Shown: positions 46,617 to 56,800 of the stretch, one piece after another
Layout of the letters: every line of letters begins with the position of its first letter
Position numbering within the stretch: the first letter of the stretch is position 1
Assembly: GCA_044376115.1 (NCBI GenBank)
Contig: JBILLK010000016.1
Coordinates: forward strand, 64,001 to 128,000
DNA from: Polyangiaceae bacterium
GTDB taxonomy: Bacteria > Myxococcota_A > Polyangia > Polyangiales > Polyangiaceae
Direction: 5' to 3'
DNA length: 64,000 nucleotides
The notes under the pieces: generated by a model
Told to the model about the DNA's origin: nothing
Databases searched by the model: none
What the model saw: only the letters and a program-made list of their open reading frames with translations
Position numbers and translations under genes: made by a program

Positions 46617-49600
46617 GTTTCCGGCTTCAAACAGAGCGCCAGATCGGCGAGCAGGCGGTCCGCCGACTCGAGCCCGCTGCGAATGTCCTCGTTCGGCTGC
46701 GTGCGCCGGGTGAGCCGCATGTCGGGCGTGAGTTTGTAGGGCGAGTTCTTCTTCGAAACGAGGCCGAGCACCTTCTCGATGTCGAGCGGCGTGTCTTCGG
46801 AGATGTGCGCTGTCGCGCTCTTCTTCGTCGCTTCAAGGCCGAGCACGCGCATTTGCCGCAGCTCGGTCTTGAGCCGCATCAAGGTGAGGAAACGCTTGGC
46901 GGCGAGCGGCGGTGCACCGAAGCGCTCCTCCATCTCATTGCCGATCTCGACCACCTCGCCATCGCCCTCGGCGCTGGCTAGCCGCTTGTAGAGCGAGAGT
47001 CGCACGCCGATGTCTTCGATGTAGTCCTCGGGCAAGAGCGCCTCGTCGTCGATCGATATCTCCGGATCGATCGCGGCCTTCTTGGGTTGCCCTTGCAGCT
47101 CGAGCACGGCCTCTTCGAGCATGGTGCAGAAAAGCTCGAAGCCGACGGCGGAGGCGGTACCACTCTGTGACGAGCCCAAGAGATCGCCTGCGCCGCGCAG
47201 CTCCAGATCCAACGAAGCGACACGAAAGCCGCTGCCGAGCTCGGTGTGCTGCTCGATCGCCAACACGCGCAGTCGCGCTTCATCGCTCATGCGGTCCACT
47301 GGCGGCACCACCAAGTAGGCGTAGGCTCGCTCGCGCGCCCGGCCGACCCGGCCGCGAAGTTGATACAGCTGGGCCAAGCCGAACATGTCGGCTCGGTCGA
47401 TGATGATGGTGTTGGCGCGCGGAATATCCAGCCCGCTCTCGACGATCGCCGTGGTGCACAGAATGTCGTAATGACCGTCGACGAAGTCCACCATCGTCCG
47501 CTCGAGGGCGGCCTCGCTCATCTGCCCGTGGGCAACGGCGATGCGAGCGCGCGGCACCAGCTCAGCCAAGCGAGCGGCCTTTTCATGGAGGTCGGCCACG
47601 CGGTTGTAGACGTAGAAGACCTGCCCACCGCGCTCGAGTTCACGGGCCACCGCCTCGCGCAGTACGGCCGGATCATCGCGGGTAACGATGGTGCGAATGG
47701 CGCGGCGATCCACCGGCGGCGTGGTGATCACCGACATGTCGCGCAGCCCCGATACAGCCATTTGCAAGGTGCGCGGAATGGGCGTGGCGGTGAGCGTGAG
47801 CACGTCCACGTTGGTGCGCAGCTGCTTGATGCGCTCCTTGTGAACCACGCCGAAGCGCTGCTCTTCATCGACGATCAACAGGCCGAGCTTCTTCCAGAAG
47901 ACGTCTTTGGAGAGCAGCCGGTGAGTGCCGACCACGATGTCCACCGAGCCCTCCTTCATGCGCCGCATCAGCTCGCTCTCGTCCGCCTTCTTGGTGAAGC
48001 GCGAGAGCGCGCGTACCTCGAGCGGGTGGTTCTGCATGCGGGCGCTGAAGTTGAGGAAGTGCTGTTGCGCGAGGATGGTGGTGGGGCACAAGACGGCGAC
48101 CTGCCGACCGGCCGAGGCTGCGCGGAAGGCCGCTCGGATCGCAACTTCGGTCTTGCCGAATCCGACGTCTCCACAAACCAGCCGGTCCATCGGGATGGGC
48201 CGCTCGAGGTCCCCTTCGACGTCTTGGATCGCGCGCGCTTGGTCCTTCGTCTCCTCGTAGGGGAAGGTCGCCTCGAAGGCGCGATAGCCATCGTCGGGGG
48301 CGCTGAAGGGAGGCCGTTCGGCGCTCTTGCGCTCGGCGTAGAGCCGCAGAAGCTCATCGGCCATTTGCCGAACTTCACGTTGCGCCCGAGCCTTCGTCTT
48401 GGCGAAGGTTTGTCCGCCCAGTTTGTCGAGCCGCGGCGTGCCTTCTCCGCCCGAGAACTTCTGGATTTGGTTCAGCCGGTAGACGGGCAGGTACAGTTTG
48501 TCGCTGCCGCCGTACTCGACCACGATCAGATCCACCGTGTGCCCAGCCACGGCCTGATGAATCAGCCCGGCGTAACGGCCAACCCCGTGCTCGACGTGCA
48601 CGACGAAGTCCCCGACCGCCAGGCTCTTGAGATCCTCGAGGAAGGCGCGCGCTGGGTTGCCGGCTTTGGCGCTGCGTTTGGCGCGGGCTTTGACGCGTGA
48701 ACGAGTGCCGAAGATCTCGTCCTCGGTGATGAAGGCGAGCTCGAGTTTGGGCGCGACCAGCCCGCGTGAGAGTGTGCCGCGTACGAGCTCGATCGAGTGG
48801 TGGAGTTCGCGGTCTTTGTGCGCGAGCAGGCTGGAGATGCGATCCCGCTGCGTCTCGGTGCGAGCCACGATGGTGGTCTTGAAGCCTTTGCGTTGGTAGT
48901 GCTCGAGCTCGAGCACGAGCGGCGCAAGCGCCTGATCTTTTCCGCGCCTTTGCGCCTCCCGCACGCGGTCCACGAGGCCGCCTTGATCGAAGCTGTACAG
49001 CGTCGGCAAATCGGGCGGAAAATCGAGCAGGTCCGCGGGCAAGGAGACCGCCGGCACGTTGTCCACCGCTGACTCGAGCAAGGCCAGCTTGGGCCTTTGT
49101 TGCAAGGCCGCGCGGATGGCCGCTGGCTCGGCGAAGAACGCTTCAAGAGGGAAGGTCGGATCGAGCGTGCGCTCCTCGCGAGCACGCCTCGCTTCCTCAC
49201 GTACCTCGGCGATCGCCCGCTCGGCGCCGGCCGGATTGACGAAGACGAAGACCGCATCGCTCGGCAAAAACTCGAACAGCGGCACTGTGTCGACGAAGGC
49301 CGGCGTATAGCCGTCGCTGCCGAAGAACGAACGCCCCGAGGTGACGTCCTCGATCAAGGCGCGCGCTTTGGCCGAGGGCACGTTCACCGCGTCACAAAGC
49401 TCGGCCACGCGGGCACGCGCGCGTTGCACTGCCGCTGGCGCCAGCGGTGCTTCACGGTTCAATCCGAACAGCACTTCGCTGACCTCCTCGGCCGAACGCT
49501 GGGTCTCCGGATCGAAGTTCTTGATCGACATCACCCCATCGCCGAAGCACTCGATGCGCACCGGCAAGGAGCGCCCGCCGGGCCAGCCGTCGATGATGCC

Positions 49601-50212
49601 GCCGCGCACGGCGAACGTGCCCGGATCTTCCACCACCGGCGCGCGCGCGTAACCCGCAGCGGTGAGCCCGCGAATCAGCGCGTCCCGGTCGATGTCGTCG
49701 TTGGTGCGGACCAGCGTGCGGTGCTCGCGCAAGACCGATGGCGGGGGCACCAGCCGCGCTAGCGCCGGCGCCGTCAGAATCAGCGCAGCCAGCGGAGCTT
49801 GGCGCTCGAGATGATCGAGCACGGCCAGCCGCAGCTCTGCGGCGCGCCGATCGGCGTTGATGTCGGCGTACGGCGTGGCTTCGTTGTGCAAGAAGCTCTT
49901 CACCGCAGCGCCCTCCGGCAAGAAGAAGCGTACGTCGCCCTCGAGGCTCTCCACGTCGTCGGCGTTGGGCGCGACCACCACCACCGGCTTGCCTTGCGCC
50001 GCGAGCGCGCGCACCACCAGCGCTGCGGCTGAGCCACGCACCCCCGTGGCGATCACGGCGCTCGAGCCCAGCCGCGCGACCAGCTCGTCGGGCGTTACCG
50101 CTTCACGTGGCGCCTCGTAGGTCTCGTAGGCCGCGAGCCGCTGATCCTTCAGCAGCGCGTGCAGATCTCCAACGGCGTCCTCTAGCGTTGCGTTCGTCGA
50201 TTCGTCGTTCAC
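46613..50212 (-). CDS. mfd: Transcription-repair coupling factor Mfd
   Basis: UvrB-like N-terminus (FAVRGGIID), CarD/RID (GDFVVHVEHGVGRY), GDVGFGKT, DEEQRFG, TATPIPRT, QLRGRVGR, TRG and TRCF domains. Start placed at GTG 50212. Confidence 0.97.
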   Translation of the reverse strand: MNDESTNATLEDAVGDLHALLKDQRLAAYETYEAPREAVTPDELVARLGSSAVIATGVRGSAAALVVRALAAQGKPVVVVAPNADDVESLEGDVRFFLPEGAAVKSFLHNEATPYADINADRRAAELRLAVLDHLERQAPLAALILTAPALARLVPPPSVLREHRTLVRTNDDIDRDALIRGLTAAGYARAPVVEDPGTFAVRGGIIDGWPGGRSLPVRIECFGDGVMSIKNFDPETQRSAEEVSEVLFGLNREAPLAPAAVQRARARVAELCDAVNVPSAKARALIEDVTSGRSFFGSDGYTPAFVDTVPLFEFLPSDAVFVFVNPAGAERAIAEVREEARRAREERTLDPTFPLEAFFAEPAAIRAALQQRPKLALLESAVDNVPAVSLPADLLDFPPDLPTLYSFDQGGLVDRVREAQRRGKDQALAPLVLELEHYQRKGFKTTIVARTETQRDRISSLLAHKDRELHHSIELVRGTLSRGLVAPKLELAFITEDEIFGTRSRVKARAKRSAKAGNPARAFLEDLKSLAVGDFVVHVEHGVGRYAGLIHQAVAGHTVDLIVVEYGGSDKLYLPVYRLNQIQKFSGGEGTPRLDKLGGQTFAKTKARAQREVRQMADELLRLYAERKSAERPPFSAPDDGYRAFEATFPYEETKDQARAIQDVEGDLERPIPMDRLVCGDVGFGKTEVAIRAAFRAASAGRQVAVLCPTTILAQQHFLNFSARMQNHPLEVRALSRFTKKADESELMRRMKEGSVDIVVGTHRLLSKDVFWKKLGLLIVDEEQRFGVVHKERIKQLRTNVDVLTLTATPIPRTLQMAVSGLRDMSVITTPPVDRRAIRTIVTRDDPAVLREAVARELERGGQVFYVYNRVADLHEKAARLAELVPRARIAVAHGQMSEAALERTMVDFVDGHYDILCTTAIVESGLDIPRANTIIIDRADMFGLAQLYQLRGRVGRARERAYAYLVVPPVDRMSDEARLRVLAIEQHTELGSGFRVASLDLELRGAGDLLGSSQSGTASAVGFELFCTMLEEAVLELQGQPKKAAIDPEISIDDEALLPEDYIEDIGVRLSLYKRLASAEGDGEVVEIGNEMEERFGAPPLAAKRFLTLMRLKTELRQMRVLGLEATKKSATAHISEDTPLDIEKVLGLVSKKNSPYKLTPDMRLTRRTQPNEDIRSGLESADRLLADLALCLKPET

Positions 50213-50271
50213 GTCAGGGTCTTCGCGGGTCGAGCATGCCGAGTACGCCGGCATCCGAGGGAGGCTCTCAC

Positions 50272-50679
50272 CTAGTTCAGTCGGTTCTTGTCTTCCGGCG
50301 CAGCGGGCTCCGGCGTGCCGAAGATCTGCTCCCAACCCGAGCGATAGGCGTCGGTGCTGATCTTGGCCGGGCCTTTCCCTCGCGGACGGTCCTCGCTCGG
50401 ACGTTGGGCCTGCGGTCCCCGCGCGAGCACCTCCACGTCAAAAGCGCGCTCATGATCGGCGCGCGGCGTGAGTTTGACGAGCTCACCCATGATCGGCTGC
50501 CCATCGACGGGGGCGCGTAGCTCACCGGCCTCGATACGATCCTCGCGTAGCCGGACGATCGACACGCCTTTGCCATCTTCCGATGGACCACCCACGACGA
50601 TCACGTCGGAAGAGGGCGTTTCCGCGGGTTTGGCTGCGGTGAGGCTTGTGGGTTTGGTCCCGTCACCCTTTGCGGTCAT
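50272..50679 (-). CDS. Small hypothetical protein
   Basis: ORF with beta-rich core and GPAKISTDAYRSGWEQIFG tail. Start 50679 or 50688. Confidence 0.7.
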   Translation of the reverse strand: MTAKGDGTKPTSLTAAKPAETPSSDVIVVGGPSEDGKGVSIVRLREDRIEAGELRAPVDGQPIMGELVKLTPRADHERAFDVEVLARGPQAQRPSEDRPRGKGPAKISTDAYRSGWEQIFGTPEPAAPEDKNRLN

Positions 50680-50761
50680 GCAGCTCACAGCCTAGCAGGG
50701 TTGGTGGGAAATTTGGCCCAACCCGGCGTGATTCCCTAAGCGGGGGCTTGAGGAGAAACCC

Positions 50762-52651
50762 ATGACGGGACGAAGCGTAGGAACGGAAGCAACATCGAAG
50801 GACCGCCGCGGCGCCTCGGGCCGCCGAGTGCATTTCGAGGCGATGGTCGCAGTAGGTGGTGCTGACGGAGGCTCGGCCTTCGACGCAGAGAGCGTCGATG
50901 TCTCGGGCGAGGGGATGCGCCTGCGCACGGCCTATCTGCCAGCCGTCGGGGATCAGCTCGTGTGCCGCTTTGAGGCCGCTGACGGTGAAGTCTGCGCCAT
51001 CGGCGAAGTGACCTGGGCCAACGAAGAGTCGCGTGGTGGCGAGTTCGGGCTCAAGTTCGTCGATCTCGACGACGAGACCCGCGAAGCGCTGGCCAAGCTG
51101 TGCTCCGACGGTCTCGAGGAAGAGCCGGTTCGCGAGGAGCCGAAGGTCGCCAAGAACGCGCGCATCAAGCTGCACATCGAGGGCTTGGCCTCACCGATGA
51201 AGGCTCGCGTTCGCGAGGCTGATTCGAAGTCGGCCAGCGTTGGCTCGTCGCTCGAGTTCTTGAAGCTCGGCCGTCAGGTCGAGGTCGAGGACGTCGATGC
51301 TGGCGATCGCCGCGAAGGGTTCGTCGACGGCGTCAAGGTCGAGGTCGACCCGAAGACCAGCATCCCGCAGCTCGTGGTTTCGTTGCGCTTCGAGGCGACG
51401 CGCGGCGTCGCTGCACCGGCCGCCGCCAAAGAGGAGAAGCTGGCGCTCAAGCTCGAAGACGAGAAGGGTCCGGACACTGTGATCGCCGGACCGCGCGCGT
51501 CGCAGCCGCCGAAGAGCATGGCCAAAGCCGAGGCCCCCAAAGCCTCTGCGCGTAAGGTCGTCGCGGCCGAACCGGAGGTCGCCGAGGCCGAGTCTGAGTC
51601 TGAGTTCGACGATGCCGAGCTCGGCTTGTCCAATAAGCGCGGCGAACAGATGAAGAACGCTGCCAAGGAGCTTTCATCGAAGGCGCGCTCCACCTTCAGC
51701 AAAGCCACCGAAGGCGCCAGCGGCCTGTTCTCGCGGATGCGCCAAGCGGTCGCTGAGAAGCGTGAGTCGCGTGCTCGCGAAGCGAAGGACAACCAGCCCC
51801 GTCGCGTGACCGCCCCGCCTCCGTCGGGCGCGCTCACCAGCACCGGTCGTCGCGTGGTCCGTCAAGAAAAGGAGACCGAAGAGGCGGACAAGGAAGTCAC
51901 GCTGCCGGTCAAATCCAAGAAGCCCCTCTACATCGGCATTGGCGCCGCGCTGTTGCTCGTCTCCGGCGTGGTCGTGGCCTCCAACTCGTCGTCCAAGCCC
52001 ACCACCGCTGCGGCTCCCAAGCCCGCCGTGACCGAGCAGGCCAAGCCCACCGGCCTCCCGCCGATCCCCGGCTCGCCGGCTGTCGCCGAGGTCCCCCTCT
52101 ACGGTGCGACGCCGCTCTCAACCACCGAACAGGTTCTCCCCGCTGAAGCGGGTGGCACCGCGGCTCCCAACCCGAAGGCTTCGGAGCCCACCGACGACGG
52201 TGAAGACGCCGACGGCGAAGAGAAGAGCGAGCTCGTCAAAGAGTTCGGCCAGGGTTCGGTCAAGAACGCCAAGATCCTGAAGGTACGTCTCGACGGTCCA
52301 GTCGCTGGTTTCACCGCGACCGAGAACGACGACGGCTTCACCATCACCGTGCCCAAGCGCAAGAGCACCTCGACGAGCTCTGCGCTGGTGCGCAAAGACA
52401 AGCGTCTCTCCGCCGTGGACGTGGTCAACCGCGAGGACGCCGCCGAGATCGTCGTGAAGTTCAAGGGCGATGTCCCGGGCTACAAGGCGAAGGTTCGCGG
52501 GGACCGAATCGAGATCGCTCTCTCCAGCGAGAGCGGTGGTGGGGACTCGGAGGCTGCACCGAAGAAGGTCGCCAAGAAGTCGGACAAGAAGACCGACAAG
52601 AAGCCTGCCGCCAAGCAGCCGAAGAAGAAGACGCCCGCGAAGGCGAACTGA
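50762..52651 (+). CDS. PilZ-domain membrane protein with periplasmic AMIN-like domain and Lys-rich tail
   Basis: RRGASGRR...DVSGEGM...GEVTW...FGLKF (PilZ), a second PilZ-like beta region, TM YIGIGAALLLVSGVVVA, C-terminal beta domain. RBS GAGGAG. Confidence 0.8.
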   Translation: MTGRSVGTEATSKDRRGASGRRVHFEAMVAVGGADGGSAFDAESVDVSGEGMRLRTAYLPAVGDQLVCRFEAADGEVCAIGEVTWANEESRGGEFGLKFVDLDDETREALAKLCSDGLEEEPVREEPKVAKNARIKLHIEGLASPMKARVREADSKSASVGSSLEFLKLGRQVEVEDVDAGDRREGFVDGVKVEVDPKTSIPQLVVSLRFEATRGVAAPAAAKEEKLALKLEDEKGPDTVIAGPRASQPPKSMAKAEAPKASARKVVAAEPEVAEAESESEFDDAELGLSNKRGEQMKNAAKELSSKARSTFSKATEGASGLFSRMRQAVAEKRESRAREAKDNQPRRVTAPPPSGALTSTGRRVVRQEKETEEADKEVTLPVKSKKPLYIGIGAALLLVSGVVVASNSSSKPTTAAAPKPAVTEQAKPTGLPPIPGSPAVAEVPLYGATPLSTTEQVLPAEAGGTAAPNPKASEPTDDGEDADGEEKSELVKEFGQGSVKNAKILKVRLDGPVAGFTATENDDGFTITVPKRKSTSTSSALVRKDKRLSAVDVVNREDAAEIVVKFKGDVPGYKAKVRGDRIEIALSSESGGGDSEAAPKKVAKKSDKKTDKKPAAKQPKKKTPAKAN

Positions 52652-52674
52652 CCGCGCCGCCGACGGTGTCGGCC

Positions 52675-53895
52675 TCAGACGGTTGCTTGAGCCGAATCGG
52701 CGCTTTCGAAGAAGGCGTCGATTTCGGCCTTTTGTGCCTCGGCGTCGGCGCGCCCAATCTCGATCAAGCGGCGCGCGAAGGCGCCGTCGAAGAGCAGGTA
52801 GCTCGCGAGATCGGCGTCGGAGGCTGCGCCGACGTCGAGCAGCCCGAGCAGCGCACGCAGCGCTGGTCCGCCGCGCAGTGCACCGGTACGCAGTTGCGCC
52901 TGCGCGAGCTTGCCGAGATCCTCCGAGGGCCGAATCACCAGCTTGGTCACGCGGCGATAGAGCGGGTGACCTTGCGCCTCGGCCACGCGATTGATGCGCT
53001 CGAGGAACTCGGGACCGAAGGCCTCGTTGCCGTGGTCGATCAGCTTGTTGACCCGATCGAGCACCTCGAAGTCGGAGGTGACGTGGTCCAACAGGAAGGC
53101 GTTCATGATCTTGCCGACCACGTAGGAGACGTTGGGCGGCGCCTGCGAGCCGGTGGGCGTCGCCTCGTTGCCCTCCGACGAAAGCCCGATCGCAAACACG
53201 TGCGTAGCGCCCAAACGCAACGCAGGTGCGATCGGCGTGTTCTGCCTCACGCCGCCATCCATATAGAGGTGCGAACCGATACGCACTGGCGGAAAGAGCA
53301 CCGGGATCGCCGCTGAAGCGAGCGCATGAATCGGGCCCACGCGTGACGCTCGCAAGACGGTGCGCGGCGGCATCGTCGGCAGCGGGACACCGGGCGCCGT
53401 CTGCATGAATAGCGTCGTCTTGCCGCTCGCCATCTCGGTCGCCGAGACCGAGAGGGCGAGCAACCGGCGCTCGCGAAAGGAGCGTGCGATCGCGCGCCAC
53501 AGCACCTCTCGCTCGACCAATTGCGCCATGGGCGTGACGTCGAAAACGCCGGCTGCGTCCTTGCCGCCACCGCGCAGCAGCCTCGGCAGCGAGGCCATCT
53601 GCACCGCGCCAAAGCGCAGCACCTCATCCATGTGGATGTCCGACCAAAGATTGGCCAGCCTGCGAACGCCCACTGAAGGATCGATCAAGTGGGACGCGAG
53701 GAAGCAGCCGTTGATGGCGCCGACGCTGGTACCCAAGATCAAATCGAGCCGCGGATTGCGCCTGCGCACGCGCGCAAAATGATCGAAGACGTAGGCGAGA
53801 ACGCCCACCTCGTAGGCGCCGCGCGCGCCACCTCCGGAGAGGATGAGGGCCACACGGGAGGACTCGGGCGAGCGGTCGGTCAAGGGCTGGTTCAC
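52675..53895 (-). CDS. Patatin-like phospholipase
   Basis: LSGGGARGAYEVG, GTSVG (Ser), ASAAIP..FP, YMDGG (Asp). GTGA overlap with the upstream gene. Confidence 0.93.
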   Translation of the reverse strand: MNQPLTDRSPESSRVALILSGGGARGAYEVGVLAYVFDHFARVRRRNPRLDLILGTSVGAINGCFLASHLIDPSVGVRRLANLWSDIHMDEVLRFGAVQMASLPRLLRGGGKDAAGVFDVTPMAQLVEREVLWRAIARSFRERRLLALSVSATEMASGKTTLFMQTAPGVPLPTMPPRTVLRASRVGPIHALASAAIPVLFPPVRIGSHLYMDGGVRQNTPIAPALRLGATHVFAIGLSSEGNEATPTGSQAPPNVSYVVGKIMNAFLLDHVTSDFEVLDRVNKLIDHGNEAFGPEFLERINRVAEAQGHPLYRRVTKLVIRPSEDLGKLAQAQLRTGALRGGPALRALLGLLDVGAASDADLASYLLFDGAFARRLIEIGRADAEAQKAEIDAFFESADSAQATV

Positions 53896-56800
53896 GGTGG
53901 GCGTCGAGAGTCGTTGTTCGTATTGGAGGCGGGAGAATCGGAGGGCCGGAGCGGCCGATCGGAAAGCAGGTTGGGCGCAGCCTGCGGAAATGATTCGGCC
54001 TCGACCAGGATGCGGCGCACGATCGGCCGGGCCAGGAACATCGCCTCGAGCTCGGGATCACGGATGAACGCTGCCACCTTGCGGATGTGCGCCAGCGCAC
54101 GTTTGTAAGCGTCTTCGGTCGACTGCGGCGAGCCGCGCCGAATCGCATCACAAGCCAGCGCGCGAATCTCCAGGCCGTACTCCGAGCCGCCGCAGTTCTC
54201 CACCGCACCGAAGGCCGTCCGCGCCAAGAGGACGCCGGTGTGATGCTCGCCAACGTCCACGCGCGCGGCAGCTTCCACCGCCGTCGCGTAGATGTGAAAG
54301 CTCACCAGCGCCTGCGCCTCGGCCGTCTGCCTTGCCTCCGAAGCAAAGCCGATCGCCGCTTGTGAATCTCCGCTCAGCCGGGCCAAACACGCGCGAATGA
54401 TGCGCTCGTGCACCAAGTCGTAGACGCTGCCAGTGACCGCCACCAGCGCACCTGCGTCGCCTACCAACGTATGTGCTGCGTCGGCGTCGCCGGCCTCGAG
54501 CAGGATCCCAGCAGTGCACAAGAGCGTATCGGCGCGCGAGTCTTGATCGGCGTAACGCTCGTGCGCTTCGCGTGCTCGGCGCAAAAAGGAGAGCCCGCGC
54601 GAGAGGTCGCCCAGCCGGGCGTAGGCCTGCCCGACGTTGCTCATGGTCTTGGCGATCTGAAAGCGCCCGCCGATCGAAAGATCGATACGCACCGATTCGA
54701 GGCCGAGCGCGATCACGTCCTCGAATCGTTCGAGCACAAACATTGCGAAGGCCAACGAAGTGATGACGCGGGCTTCGCTGCGGCGCGCCCCGACTGCGCG
54801 AAATACGGCCAACGCATCGATGTACGAGCGCACCGCTTCCTCGACCCGACCGACGTAGCGCAGCAGCACGCCTTTGGTGCGCATGACCTCGGCGCGCAGC
54901 CGCGGTTGCAAACGCCCGCCATCCGAAACCTCTAGCGCTCGATCACACGCGGCGATCGCGCCGGAGGTGTCACCGAGATCGCGAAGGATCTCCGAGAGCA
55001 CGATCAGCGCCTCGACCTCGAGCGTCGCGTTCTTCGCCATGCGGGCGATTTCCGCTGCGCGTTGGGCGATCGGCAGACCGCGCGCGAGCACGCCTTCATC
55101 GAGCTCGAGGCGCGCCGTTCGAATCAGGGCCAAGGCGGCCCACTTCGCCTGGCCGGTGCGGCGAGCGAGCTTGCGCATCGCCGAAAGATGGGTGCGCCGC
55201 TCGCGTCTTCGGCCGAGGTAGCGGTAGATCGCCTCGAGCGATTCGTGGGCCTGGAGCCGTAGCGGATCTTGCGAGGGCAGCAGTGAGAGCGACCGCAGAT
55301 AGTAGCGTTGCGCGAGTTGCGCCTGGTTGGTGTTGCGCGCCGCCGATGCGGCCTCGAGGTAGAGCAACGCGGCTTGTTGCGGCGCTTCACCGCGCGCCAA
55401 GTGGCGCGCCACGATCGATGCTGAGAGCCCTTGGGCCAACGGCGTCGTCGCCAAATGCTCGCCCAACAGTCGGTGCATGCGCGTGCGGTTGGGCGCATCC
55501 AGCGCCAAATAAGCGACGTCTCGCGCGAGCGGATGCCGAAAGTCCACCACGCCATTACGACGATCACACATGCCGCGGGCGCACAAGCGAGTGATGGCTT
55601 CGTCGTCTTTGGTGTGCGTGAGCGCGAGCAGATCCGACTCGAGCAGTGGACCGCCGGCGACCGCCAACCAGTCGACTACGTCGTGCTCGACCGGCGGTAG
55701 CTCGCGGATGCGATCACCGATCAGTTGTTCGAGCGTGGACGGTAGCGCCTCCTTTTGGTCGGCCAGGGCGCGCTCGTTCCGCCGCAGTTCATGTTTTCCG
55801 CCGTCTTTTTCGACGATCTCGAGCGTGCCGCGTTCGAGCAGCGCATCGACCATCTCCAAGAGAAAGAACGGGTTCCCGACGACGCGCGGCAAGAGCTCGG
55901 CGCATACCTGCGAGACGCCGTCGCGTACGCCGAGGCGCGCCTCCACCAAACGCACCTGCTCCTCGGCCGAGAGGCCGCGGAGCTCGATGCGGACCATGCC
56001 CTCGATGAAAGGCGTTACGCGATCATCGGGCCGCGTGACCAGCAGCACCAAAATCGGCAACAGCTCCTCGCGGCGCAGCAGCTCCTGCACCACCTCCAAG
56101 CTCGCCCGATCCGCCCAACTAAGTCCGTCGATCAGGATCACCAGCGGCTGCTCGAGCGCGAGCGCTCCGAGCAGTACACGCAGCGCGATCAGCAGCACGT
56201 CACGGCGGTAGTGCCCGCCTTCCTCCTCAGCGGCCCCCGGGCCTTGTTTGCCCGTCGCGACCTCGGCCAGGCGGAACACGAGTCGTTCGCTGGAGACCGT
56301 CTTGAGCGAGACCTGGCCGAGCAAGCCGCGGAACACCGCCGCTGCTTCATCGAGCGAATGGTCCACGCCGACGCCGGTCGCTTCGCGCAACAAATCGCAC
56401 AGCGTCGACATCGGGATCTCGCTCTTGATCGGCGAACACTCGATCGAGAGGATGCGCGTGTCGCGCGGCAGCTCGCCGAGGAAGGTGGCGATCAGCGCCG
56501 TCTTGCCGATGCCCATCTCGCCGATCACCAGCCGTGAAATCAGCCGTCCACGCGGAGCCGCCGGGCGCGAGGTGAGGGGAGGGACGGTTGACAGGCGCTC
56601 CTTCGGAACCTCGCTGATCAACGGCGAAATGGCGCGATGGTAGGCCGCGTGCAAGTCGGCCTTCTCTGCGTCACGACCCACGAGGTCATTGGGTGCCAGC
56701 GCCATCTCGACGGCGCGTTCTTCACGCGTGAGCGGCCGTATCAAGGCGTACGTGCGCATCGTACGCGGCGCTCCGCGCGGCTCGGCCTCTTCGAGCTCGA

